64,000 nucleotides of DNA from the IMG/VR virus record IMGVR_UViG_3300024262_006558, positions 124,001-188,000 of that record, one strand, 5' to 3'. Both the position numbers and the translations under genes were made by a program. The notes beneath the pieces were generated by a model. That model ran no database searches and was not told the origin of the DNA. It saw only the letters and a list, made by a program, of their open reading frames with translations. Shown here in pieces: positions 11,180 through 19,940 of the stretch (positions are counted from its first letter, which is position 1; each line of letters opens with the position of its first letter).

Positions 11180-13611
11180 AAAGGTCTCTTTACATTAAAT
11201 CTTATAGACTCATTTAATAATTTAGAAGATCCCAATTCCTCTATTTTAAAAATAAACTCGTATGTCTGATTGTGTAGCAACCATGAAACATCTATGTCAA
11301 AATAAGTTTCATAACACCCGTTTCTTACAGTCCTATTCATTGATGTCCATGGTATAACCTCATCTTGATTATTCATTACTAAAGAATATTTAATATCAAA
11401 ATAAGGAGATGGCACCCCTTGACTATAATTTGCTCTTATGTCTGCGAAAACTCTAACATTTTCTGACTGCCTTAGTGTGCTTCCGTTGTCTATGCCGTAA
11501 GTGGTTATAATGTAATCATTAATCTTAGGAGCAGCGTTTTGGTAATAGTTTTTATTAATTCTAAAGAATTGAGTAAAATCTTGAACATCAACCCCAGGAA
11601 TGAATGTAACATCTTTCCAAACATCTCTATACGTTTCCCCAGGATTCGCACCACTCATTAACACGTCAATATAATAAACTCCTTTCTGAAATTGAGTTGG
11701 TGATCCAGAGAAAATAACAGCATTACTCTGAGACATTATCTCTACAGTTCCAGCTGAATAGAAATTGACTGGACTATTACCGCTAAAAGTGTATAGAAAT
11801 AATCTACTAGTTCTATTGTTAGTAACTTGCTCTCTATCATCTCTAATTACCTGATCGTAACTAACTTCAATATAAGGCTTGAAAGATGTATTGGTCTTAT
11901 TGGTTACAAAAGAGGAAACAGCTCTAGTCTCTCCGCTTTGAGATTCGTAATCCCCTCTATAAGCAATAGCTAATCCATTATTTTCAGACCCCTCAATCCA
12001 ATTGTTAACCATAGGAGTGATGTTCATATTAATATCCTCATCTCCTATGTCAAAATGCTGCTCTGACCACAAATAGTTTAAAATGCATAAACTGTTTGTA
12101 GCTATTGAGAAAGTGTCTCCACTAGCTATTAAATTGCTATTACCATCAGTATTTAATATGTCTAACTCAGTATATTCTGAAACAGTAGTTAAATCACTTA
12201 TTAAATCAAATGTGCTTGGAGTATAAGAGTATACTATTATCGGAATCAAAGTGGTTGCGCTTAAATAGAAAGTATCTCCAGAAGTTACTGTTAACCCACT
12301 TACTCCTCCTGATATATTAATATCCATTTCCGTAAACCCAGTGCTACCAGCGAGAGCATTTTGAAAATCTAAAACACTAGGAGTAAATGGTGTAAATATT
12401 TCTGGCAAAAAAGAAGAAGTGCTTAATGAAAAAATGTCTCCACCAGTAACGGTGGTTCCAGTATCTCCCCCAGAGACATTAATGCCTAAAGATGTGAAGC
12501 CAGTGCTTGATAATAATGTTGTTTCTAGATCTGAAGTAGTTGTACCTCCACTTAAAGGGTTAAATAAATAATCTATAGAATTTCCAGTTACTGTTACTTC
12601 CTGGCCTACAGTTAAACCTGTTGACGAAATAATTTCAAAACCATAAACAGAGGAAGATGCGTCATCGCTTTTAACAAAGCTAACACCGCTATATATAATT
12701 GTTCCAGTATAAGCGCTTGAACTTGTAGTTCCACCGCTTAAAGGGTTGTAAGTGTAAAATATGGAGCTTCCAGTAGCAATAAGTTGAGAATCGCTACTTA
12801 AACTATCTAAAGCATTAATGTTAAAGTCATAAACTTCTGAGTTTCCGCTAGATCTAAAAAAAGACATTCCGCTATAAGAGGTGATGCCGCTATAAAACTC
12901 AGGACTTGACGCGCCGCTTAATGGGTTGAAAGTATAGTCTATTGCTGTGCTGTTTCCAGTTGTGGAAACTAGCACGCTAAAATTACCGCCCGTTAAACCT
13001 GTGTCAGATATTATTGAATAATCATATGTAGCCCCAGATACAAGGCTTTCTATTTTAGAAAAGGTAACGCCATTATAATCAACGCTTCCAGAAAATTCAC
13101 AATACGTAGTGGATGCTGTAGGATTTAAGAACACACCTGGCTCATCCCAAGTGGATAGTCTAGTTGCATAATTCCAGTTTGAAAAACCCGTTATTATAGG
13201 GTTACCTATTTGTTTTACTACATAATTTTGCTTTAGTAAGTCGTACCCACTTCCCTCATCCCAATACTTATTTACTGGGAATGAAACTAAATCAAAAGAA
13301 GAAGCAATCTCTTTAGTTAGCCTATTAACTGTAAAGTCTGTTTCTAGCGCAGCATCTCTCGGTATGCCATTAGTCATCTTTAAAGTGTAAGAGGTAATAT
13401 TACCGCTCATCACCTCTTTTGACACTATTTTTTTATAAAGCTCATCAATGTCAAATTGAGATAAGTGTCTACTAATAGAATTTCTATTAGAAAACACCTC
13501 GCTACCTCCATACCACAGTTCTGCGGCGGCGTTTTGACCAGAGTTGTAATTTTGAAAAACTCCTGATGCAATCGTATTGGATTTAATTGGATATATTCTG
13601 AAAACTGACAT
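11176..13611 (-). CDS. Virion structural protein with Ser/Thr/Gly-rich internal repeats
   Basis: SRHLSQFD, WDEGSGYD and MNITPMVNNWI..NNGLAI..KPYIEV framing (DNRLRE-like). Start moved to ATG 13611, downstream of TATTTAT. Confidence 0.65.
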   Translation of the reverse strand: MSVFRIYPIKSNTIASGVFQNYNSGQNAAAELWYGGSEVFSNRNSISRHLSQFDIDELYKKIVSKEVMSGNITSYTLKMTNGIPRDAALETDFTVNRLTKEIASSFDLVSFPVNKYWDEGSGYDLLKQNYVVKQIGNPIITGFSNWNYATRLSTWDEPGVFLNPTASTTYCEFSGSVDYNGVTFSKIESLVSGATYDYSIISDTGLTGGNFSVLVSTTGNSTAIDYTFNPLSGASSPEFYSGITSYSGMSFFRSSGNSEVYDFNINALDSLSSDSQLIATGSSIFYTYNPLSGGTTSSSAYTGTIIYSGVSFVKSDDASSSVYGFEIISSTGLTVGQEVTVTGNSIDYLFNPLSGGTTTSDLETTLLSSTGFTSLGINVSGGDTGTTVTGGDIFSLSTSSFLPEIFTPFTPSVLDFQNALAGSTGFTEMDINISGGVSGLTVTSGDTFYLSATTLIPIIVYSYTPSTFDLISDLTTVSEYTELDILNTDGNSNLIASGDTFSIATNSLCILNYLWSEQHFDIGDEDINMNITPMVNNWIEGSENNGLAIAYRGDYESQSGETRAVSSFVTNKTNTSFKPYIEVSYDQVIRDDREQVTNNRTSRLFLYTFSGNSPVNFYSAGTVEIMSQSNAVIFSGSPTQFQKGVYYIDVLMSGANPGETYRDVWKDVTFIPGVDVQDFTQFFRINKNYYQNAAPKINDYIITTYGIDNGSTLRQSENVRVFADIRANYSQGVPSPYFDIKYSLVMNNQDEVIPWTSMNRTVRNGCYETYFDIDVSWLLHNQTYEFIFKIEELGSSKLLNESIRFNVKRPF

Positions 13612-13627
13612 GTTTAAGCGCTTTTTA

Positions 13628-13634
13628 ATAAATA
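13628..13634 (-). promoter_or_regulatory. Putative late promoter TATTTAT (divergent pair, left)
   Basis: ATAAATA on the + strand, 16 nt from start 13611. Confidence 0.6.
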
Positions 13635-13710
13635 TCAAATAAAAAATGCCTCTACCATGCTCTTTATAATAGAAGTGAAATTTCTTATATTATTAAAAAT
13701 AATTGCTCAA

Positions 13711-13717
13711 TATTTAT
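13711..13717 (+). promoter_or_regulatory. Putative late promoter TATTTAT (divergent pair, right)
   Basis: 17 nt upstream of ATG 13735. Confidence 0.6.
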
Positions 13718-13734
13718 TAAGAAAAGAGTTTGTT

Positions 13735-14127
13735 ATGTCATCTATAAGTATAAGATTTCCATTTATCAAAACAATTGATGGCGGAGTTTTTAAACCAACT
13801 AAAACTACCCAAGAATCAATTAGGGCTAACCTACTTTCTCTGTTAACAACAAAGAAGGGTCAAAGAGTGATGAGGCAAAGGTTGTATTCACCTTTATACG
13901 ATTACCTATGGGAGCCTATGGATGACTTTACAAAAAAAGAAATGAGACATGCTCTTGAAGAGAAAATAGCTGAATTTATACCAGATATTTCTCTTGAAGA
14001 AATTGACATTGAATACATTAACGAACAAAACCTTGTTAGAGTAACAGTTGTTTACACAATAGATATCTTAGGTGATATTGGAGATCAAGCGACTGTATTC
14101 ATTCCAAGAGAAGAACCTGAATATTAA
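13735..14127 (+). CDS. Baseplate wedge protein gp25-like (GPW/gp25)
   Basis: SIRANLLSLLTTKKGQRVM...LYDYLWEPMD...IAEFIPDI. True start is probably MSSISIRFPF. Confidence 0.9.
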   Translation: MSSISIRFPFIKTIDGGVFKPTKTTQESIRANLLSLLTTKKGQRVMRQRLYSPLYDYLWEPMDDFTKKEMRHALEEKIAEFIPDISLEEIDIEYINEQNLVRVTVVYTIDILGDIGDQATVFIPREEPEY

Positions 14128-14132
14128 TAACT

Positions 14133-15989
14133 ATGGCGTCAGCACCTCAAATAAATTATTTAAGTAGAGACTTTGAAAGCATAAGCAAAGATCTTGAAGC
14201 TTTTTTGAAAGCATTTTTTCCTGATGATTGGAAAGATTTTAGCGTAGCATCAGCTGGTATGGCTTTGGTCGACATCAACGCTTATGTAACTGATCTACTT
14301 TCTTTTATTGCAGACAAGAAATATAATGAAAACTATTTAGACGGAGTCCAAGAAAGAAAGTCCGTCTATAGAATGGCAAAAACATTTGGTTTTAAACCTC
14401 CTGGGTTCAGACCAGCATCTACAGTAGTAGATATATTCGTAGAAGTTCCTCCAGCGGGAGATGTTCCAGACCCAGCATATATACCGCTTTACAGACAAGG
14501 GGTTCAAGTGAGAGGTGGTGGTCAAACTTTTGAAACAGCTTTCGAAATAGATTTCTCAGACGATTTCAATGAAGAAGGAGTAGCTAACCGTACTATAGAG
14601 CCTATCTTTAATGCAAATCAAGATATCTTAAGATACAGAATTGTAAAGAGAGAGAAAGTTGAAGCTGGTATTACTAAAATTTATTCACAAGAAATTTCAG
14701 AAGATGAAGCTATACCTTTTTATAGCCTAGTATTACCTGAAAGAAATGTTCTTGAAATTCTTAGTGTAATAGTAATTCCTCAAGTGGGAATTACTAACAC
14801 TCCAACCTTTCAACAATTCAATGATCCTAGCTTACTTTATTATGAAGTAGAAGAATTGCCTCAAGATAAGATATTTGTAAGAGACAATGATTTACCTACA
14901 GTTAATGGAGTGGCTTCTGGAAGATTTTTAGAAGTACCTAAGAGGTTTTCTAAAAACTTTCTATCTGACGGCTCTTGCAAACTCCAATTTGGAGGAGGGT
15001 CTTTTAGTCAAGACTCTTACCAACAATATTTAAATGACATCACTAATATAACTGGCGCAACTTCCACTGTAAATATAAAAGATGTATTAGACAACACCGC
15101 TTTGGGTAAAACTGTCCCACCTAACTCTACAGTTTTCATACAATATAGATCAGGTGGAGGTTTACTTAGCAACGTGGGGTCAGGTATCCTTCAGGAAGTG
15201 GGAAAAATAAACGCTATTATAGACGGGACTAACGCAACTCAAAACCAAAAAGTAATCACATCAACTTCTGCTAATAATCCAATACCAGCAGTGGGGGGAG
15301 AGGGTTTACCTTCTGTAGAAGATATAAAAAACAATATAGCTGGAGCTTTTTCTGCTCAGAAAAGAGCTGTGACATTAAGGGATTATATTTCTTTTGTAAA
15401 ACAAATGCCTAACCAATACGGAGGTATTTTCAAATGTTTTGGCAAAGTTCAAGATAACAAAGTTTTAATATATGTAATCACTAGAGATGGTAATGGAAAG
15501 TTAAGATCTCAGTCTACCAGTGTTGTTAAAGCAAATATTCAAGAATGGCTAACTCAATATAGAATGATCAATGATTTTGTTGAAATCAATGATGGTGAAG
15601 TGATAAATCTTCAAATTGAGGCAGATTTATTTGTAGACAAAACTTTTAATCCTAATGAGGTAAAGTTAAACGCTATTAATGTAATTAAAAATTTCCTTGA
15701 TGTCAACAAGACCGATATGAATGAGACTGTATACATATCTCAAATCACTGATATTTTAAGAGATGTTCCTGGAGTTATAAATGTGGTAGAATTAAGATTC
15801 TATAACATGGAAGGTGGAGCCTATTCTAGCACACTTACTAGTCAAGCGACTGGTATTAAAAACAAAATAGACGGAACCAGTAGCTTTAGGACAGAAATAC
15901 AGCCTATAGATAATGCTATATTTGGAACCCCTATTTCTATGTTTGAAATTAAATTTCCTGAAAAAGATATAAAAGTTAGGACAGCGTAA
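14133..15989 (+). CDS. Baseplate wedge protein gp6/baseplate-J-like
   Basis: YLSRDFESI, MAKTFGFKP, LQFGGG, QYRSGGG, AVGGEG, AQKRAVTLRDY and VPGVINV. Confidence 0.92.
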   Translation: MASAPQINYLSRDFESISKDLEAFLKAFFPDDWKDFSVASAGMALVDINAYVTDLLSFIADKKYNENYLDGVQERKSVYRMAKTFGFKPPGFRPASTVVDIFVEVPPAGDVPDPAYIPLYRQGVQVRGGGQTFETAFEIDFSDDFNEEGVANRTIEPIFNANQDILRYRIVKREKVEAGITKIYSQEISEDEAIPFYSLVLPERNVLEILSVIVIPQVGITNTPTFQQFNDPSLLYYEVEELPQDKIFVRDNDLPTVNGVASGRFLEVPKRFSKNFLSDGSCKLQFGGGSFSQDSYQQYLNDITNITGATSTVNIKDVLDNTALGKTVPPNSTVFIQYRSGGGLLSNVGSGILQEVGKINAIIDGTNATQNQKVITSTSANNPIPAVGGEGLPSVEDIKNNIAGAFSAQKRAVTLRDYISFVKQMPNQYGGIFKCFGKVQDNKVLIYVITRDGNGKLRSQSTSVVKANIQEWLTQYRMINDFVEINDGEVINLQIEADLFVDKTFNPNEVKLNAINVIKNFLDVNKTDMNETVYISQITDILRDVPGVINVVELRFYNMEGGAYSSTLTSQATGIKNKIDGTSSFRTEIQPIDNAIFGTPISMFEIKFPEKDIKVRTA

Positions 15990-16045
15990 TCTCAGGACAC
16001 TTTACTTACAAATATCCAATTAAATGAGCTGATTAATAATATTAA

Positions 16046-16318
16046 GTGAGAAAGAGGTTTTATATATCGCCAAAATCGCCAAGTGTTTACCAAGTTGAAT
16101 TAATAATACAAAAATGGCTTGAGAATCATAGGTATGAAATGTTAAATTTAACTATGCTTACTGAAGCTTTAAATATAGAGCTAAGTTCGGTTTTCATCTG
16201 GGGCAGGTTAGAGATAGATATGCAAATGATGGATGAAAACGGATTTGTAATAGAAGTTACCTTTTTGAATACTAGTACAAAAAAATACGAGAACGTTTTA
16301 ACTAAAATAGAATGGTAA
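16046..16318 (+). CDS. Small protein with MRKRFY leader (divergent member of the MRKxFYH family)
   Basis: GTG AGA AAG AGG TTT TAT start; overlaps the KTSC gene. Confidence 0.55.
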   Translation: MRKRFYISPKSPSVYQVELIIQKWLENHRYEMLNLTMLTEALNIELSSVFIWGRLEIDMQMMDENGFVIEVTFLNTSTKKYENVLTKIEW

Positions 16319-16530
16319 GAATACCTATAGCATCTAAAAATATAAAATCTGCAGCCTATGATCAACCCAATCTAACTGCAGAGATAGAATTCATTAATGG
16401 CAATGTATACCAATACTACCCGTTTTATGAAAATCAATGGGATGAATTAATTAAATCTGCAAGTAAAGGTAATTGGTTTAACAAAAATGTTAGATCTAAC
16501 AAGTCTATTGTTTGTAAAAAGATTAAATAA
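16312..16530 (+). CDS. KTSC domain protein
   Basis: SKNIKSAAYD...EIEFINGNVYQY...SASKGNWFNKNVR. Confidence 0.9.
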   Translation: MVRIPIASKNIKSAAYDQPNLTAEIEFINGNVYQYYPFYENQWDELIKSASKGNWFNKNVRSNKSIVCKKIK

Positions 16531-19500
16531 TGAACGAAAAGATATTACTAGAGGAAACACGTTACACAACCAGGTTTACAGCTTTTGCAACAAATATAGA
16601 TGAGAATTCATCTACATTTCAGTCTGGAGTTGATGCTGGAATGGTTCCTGCCTATCTTACATTTGACCCTAATGGAATTGCTCAAAACATTGTTAAATTT
16701 TCTGGAGGAACAATTCTATATAGAACTAATAAAAATACTTTTATACCAATAGATGATGCATCCATAGACTATGTCTCTGGTTATACATGGTCAACTGATT
16801 TACCTAGTCAATTACCTCCAGCTAATAAAGATAATCCAGGAATTGGAAGTAAGTATTATAACAAATTTCATAAAGTAGCAGATTATCTATCAAGCGGCAG
16901 ATCCCAAACTCATGTTATCAGAGAAGAAGTTCCAACTCAAGACTATATTGTTAACATAGGTTTAGAAAGGTCATTCGATGCACTGGACACGCTGAGTGTG
17001 TACAATAGTATGGAGAATGGTATACCTAGCCAAGAGTCTAATACTGGCGTTGTATTTGGAAGGTTGGTAGCAAATCAAAAAATCATAGACAGAAATGGTA
17101 ATGCGGTTAAAATACCATTATCGAATGTCCCCATAGGTATATTCCAAGCTTCTGAGGAGTTCCCAACAGCGAACTCCACAGATGATAATGGTAACAGGAT
17201 TCAAATGAATTTTTTAAACAACGACCCTGAAGCTAATGAGCAATTTAATTATGTAATTGCTCATGAGGGAACAGATCTTTACTCTACAAACAGGTCAGAT
17301 GTTAAAAGTAAATCTTATGAATTCGATCAGCAATTTCTTTCTAGCAGTGACAATCTAGAGAGTATGCCTGAGCATTATAAGATAGTTACTAAAACAAATG
17401 ACAACGGAGAATTTATTTTATATGACGTACCTACCAGTACTCAAATTTTATTCTTTGAAGTAGATCTTCTAAAGCAAGGGATGACCAAGGAAGAAGTTAA
17501 GTTAAATTTTTTCCCTTACCCTACAGTAAGCGAGCCTAATGTAGATAGTGTACCACATTTTTTCTTCAGACAATTTCCATTGGATGTTCTACCTGCATGG
17601 GGAGATCTGCAAACTGGATATACTGAAGTAAATGTAAGCGTTAATCTAGATCTCAGGAAATGGGCTACTTACTTTTTTCCACCAGTATCTTTAGATGGGC
17701 AAACTTTTAAAGAATTACAAGACGAGGGAGTTGTAGCTAAGATGGAGATTGAGATTAGAGATATGACTAGTCCAGACTTTAGTTTAACACCAGTTTCGCT
17801 TGTTGAAATAGCAGATCCTTTAAATAGAAATACAACACAAGAATTGGATTGGAACAATGAATTGGTTCAATCTAAAGGGGTAGCTGAATTTAGGGAAGAT
17901 GACTTTTCTATACTTAAGCTACCAGCTAACATCTATAATCCTAACGGGATTAGCACTTCTGAATACGATAAAAAAAACATAGCAGAAGCTCAGCGATTTG
18001 AATATTCTCAAACTAAAGGCTCCTGGCATGCTGGTTACCAGATGAATGTTAAAACAAATATTAATGAAGAATGGTTTAGAGCTACTGGGTTAGATAATAC
18101 GCCGAGACCTCCAATAAGAAGAACTTTTAGCATTCCTGAAAACTTGAATAGAGCTCATATAAATTTAATAAGAAGAATAAGGCCTGATGTTGACCGCGCT
18201 TTCCCAGCAGATATTAATGTGGCTAGATGGTATATTTACCAAGGCGTAAAGGAGTTTGATGAGGCAACTATTGAACTAATAGCTACACAGCCTATTCAAA
18301 CAGATTTAAATGTAGCAGCAGCAAATTATATAAGAGTAGTTAGACCTGATATTAATAGCGCTACAACAGATGGAGTAAAATTATGGTATGTCATCGATGG
18401 TATAAAAGAGTTAAGTGATGAGAATTTGAATAGAATTAGGGAATTAGCTGTAACTACAGACAGTTTAACTAGAGACCATTTTCATTTAAATAGAAACAAT
18501 TCAGAGTCTGTAAAAAATACAGAAGCTGAAGGTGTTATAAATTTTTTCCCTTATGAAAGGCCGTGGGATGAATTATATCCAGAGCCAATAAAAATACCTA
18601 GAGTCCCAAGAGTTAGAAACCCTAGATGGAGAGGGGCATATAATGGAGACCCTAATATTTATATACCTAAATATTTAGACGGTGATCTAATAGGTCTCCC
18701 TGACGCTAATGTGGAAGCTGGAGGCTGGGGCTTGGAATTAAAGCCAGTAACTGGAACTAAATATGCGGGCTTATTTTCAAAAAGAGCTACTAAAAATTTT
18801 GTATACAAATATGAGGGTAACGCGTCAAGCACGCTTACATCATACGCAAATGGATACAGCCCTACACAGGATATTGAAGCCCTCTCGTCAGTTTTAGATG
18901 GGGAAAACTACCAAAGAGTAGAATGTGGACATGCCTATTTCATGAGAGTTGAAGGTTGGCCTGGAGCTTTGCATGGCCCCGTTTTTGATAGGATGTTTGC
19001 CGATAATTCCTATGGATCCTTAAACCGTATTGTAGGTTCATATCGTAGTCCAGACTTAAAAACTAGTGTTAAAGCTGGAAGTGATTCACCGAAAAAAGAA
19101 GGCGACATTCAAATTTTTAAAATTGTAAATCCTGATCCAGAAAACATATATAGCCAAGACCCTATAGTGACGCCTAGTTTTATAACAATAGGCACTGAGC
19201 AGATATGGAGAAGAAGGGATGAGGATAATGACAAACTGAAGATGGGGTACGCAATAAATAATGAAAACGGACAAGGTAAAGCGGCTTACATGTACCCTCA
19301 CTTTTCTGACAAGGGAAACTTTTTCTCTAGATTCACTATAGAAATACAAAATGTAGGTCAAAAAACAGTTAGAGACCCATTTAGAGAGGGGGCTAAGCTA
19401 AGATCTGGCGAATCTTCTGAATTCCTAGTTCAAATGGAATCAAATACCACTATAGGGGATGTAGATTTTCAATTTTCAGCTCGTGACAACAGAATGAGGT

Positions 19501-19940
19501 TAACTAATATAAACATTACACTTGATGGTAATGATGATTTTGATCCTGGAGATTTTAGCTTTAAAAAAGCTAAATATAACATTATTTTTAAAAATTTCTC
19601 TAATGAAGGCAAAGATGCTAACTTAGATAAAAGTAGACATGTTTTAAATATTGACGCGCCATCTCAGCTTGAAACCCCTGTAAAATACTTCCTAAATCAA
19701 GGGATAGATTCTGTTCAGACTAACTTTGACGATGGCAAGGATAGTCATTGTTCTGACAAGTGGAAGTCGACACAGAACGTGTATATACATGGGATTATTT
19801 TAGGAGCTGGGTCTGGATCAGAGAAAGAGACTGGAATTTTTTTAACTGATAGTTTATCTGAAACCACTTGCGGTAGAGGTAAATTAATTAGCACAACATT
19901 TGGGGACACCTTGAGAAACATAGGATGGAGAATTAAGTAA
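16530..19940 (+). CDS. Large virion (baseplate/tail) protein with prealbumin-like fold segment
   Basis: GVVFGRL...IPLSNVPIGIF...TKTNDNGEFILYDVP; TAATG-coupled tail operon. Confidence 0.6.
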   Translation: MNEKILLEETRYTTRFTAFATNIDENSSTFQSGVDAGMVPAYLTFDPNGIAQNIVKFSGGTILYRTNKNTFIPIDDASIDYVSGYTWSTDLPSQLPPANKDNPGIGSKYYNKFHKVADYLSSGRSQTHVIREEVPTQDYIVNIGLERSFDALDTLSVYNSMENGIPSQESNTGVVFGRLVANQKIIDRNGNAVKIPLSNVPIGIFQASEEFPTANSTDDNGNRIQMNFLNNDPEANEQFNYVIAHEGTDLYSTNRSDVKSKSYEFDQQFLSSSDNLESMPEHYKIVTKTNDNGEFILYDVPTSTQILFFEVDLLKQGMTKEEVKLNFFPYPTVSEPNVDSVPHFFFRQFPLDVLPAWGDLQTGYTEVNVSVNLDLRKWATYFFPPVSLDGQTFKELQDEGVVAKMEIEIRDMTSPDFSLTPVSLVEIADPLNRNTTQELDWNNELVQSKGVAEFREDDFSILKLPANIYNPNGISTSEYDKKNIAEAQRFEYSQTKGSWHAGYQMNVKTNINEEWFRATGLDNTPRPPIRRTFSIPENLNRAHINLIRRIRPDVDRAFPADINVARWYIYQGVKEFDEATIELIATQPIQTDLNVAAANYIRVVRPDINSATTDGVKLWYVIDGIKELSDENLNRIRELAVTTDSLTRDHFHLNRNNSESVKNTEAEGVINFFPYERPWDELYPEPIKIPRVPRVRNPRWRGAYNGDPNIYIPKYLDGDLIGLPDANVEAGGWGLELKPVTGTKYAGLFSKRATKNFVYKYEGNASSTLTSYANGYSPTQDIEALSSVLDGENYQRVECGHAYFMRVEGWPGALHGPVFDRMFADNSYGSLNRIVGSYRSPDLKTSVKAGSDSPKKEGDIQIFKIVNPDPENIYSQDPIVTPSFITIGTEQIWRRRDEDNDKLKMGYAINNENGQGKAAYMYPHFSDKGNFFSRFTIEIQNVGQKTVRDPFREGAKLRSGESSEFLVQMESNTTIGDVDFQFSARDNRMRLTNINITLDGNDDFDPGDFSFKKAKYNIIFKNFSNEGKDANLDKSRHVLNIDAPSQLETPVKYFLNQGIDSVQTNFDDGKDSHCSDKWKSTQNVYIHGIILGAGSGSEKETGIFLTDSLSETTCGRGKLISTTFGDTLRNIGWRIK

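Noticed and set aside
13657-13734. Extended N-termini called by the ORF track (13657, 13638, 36885, 58309, 46558)
   Set aside because: The extensions overlap promoter motifs, hairpins or upstream genes; downstream ATGs fit the family N-termini better.
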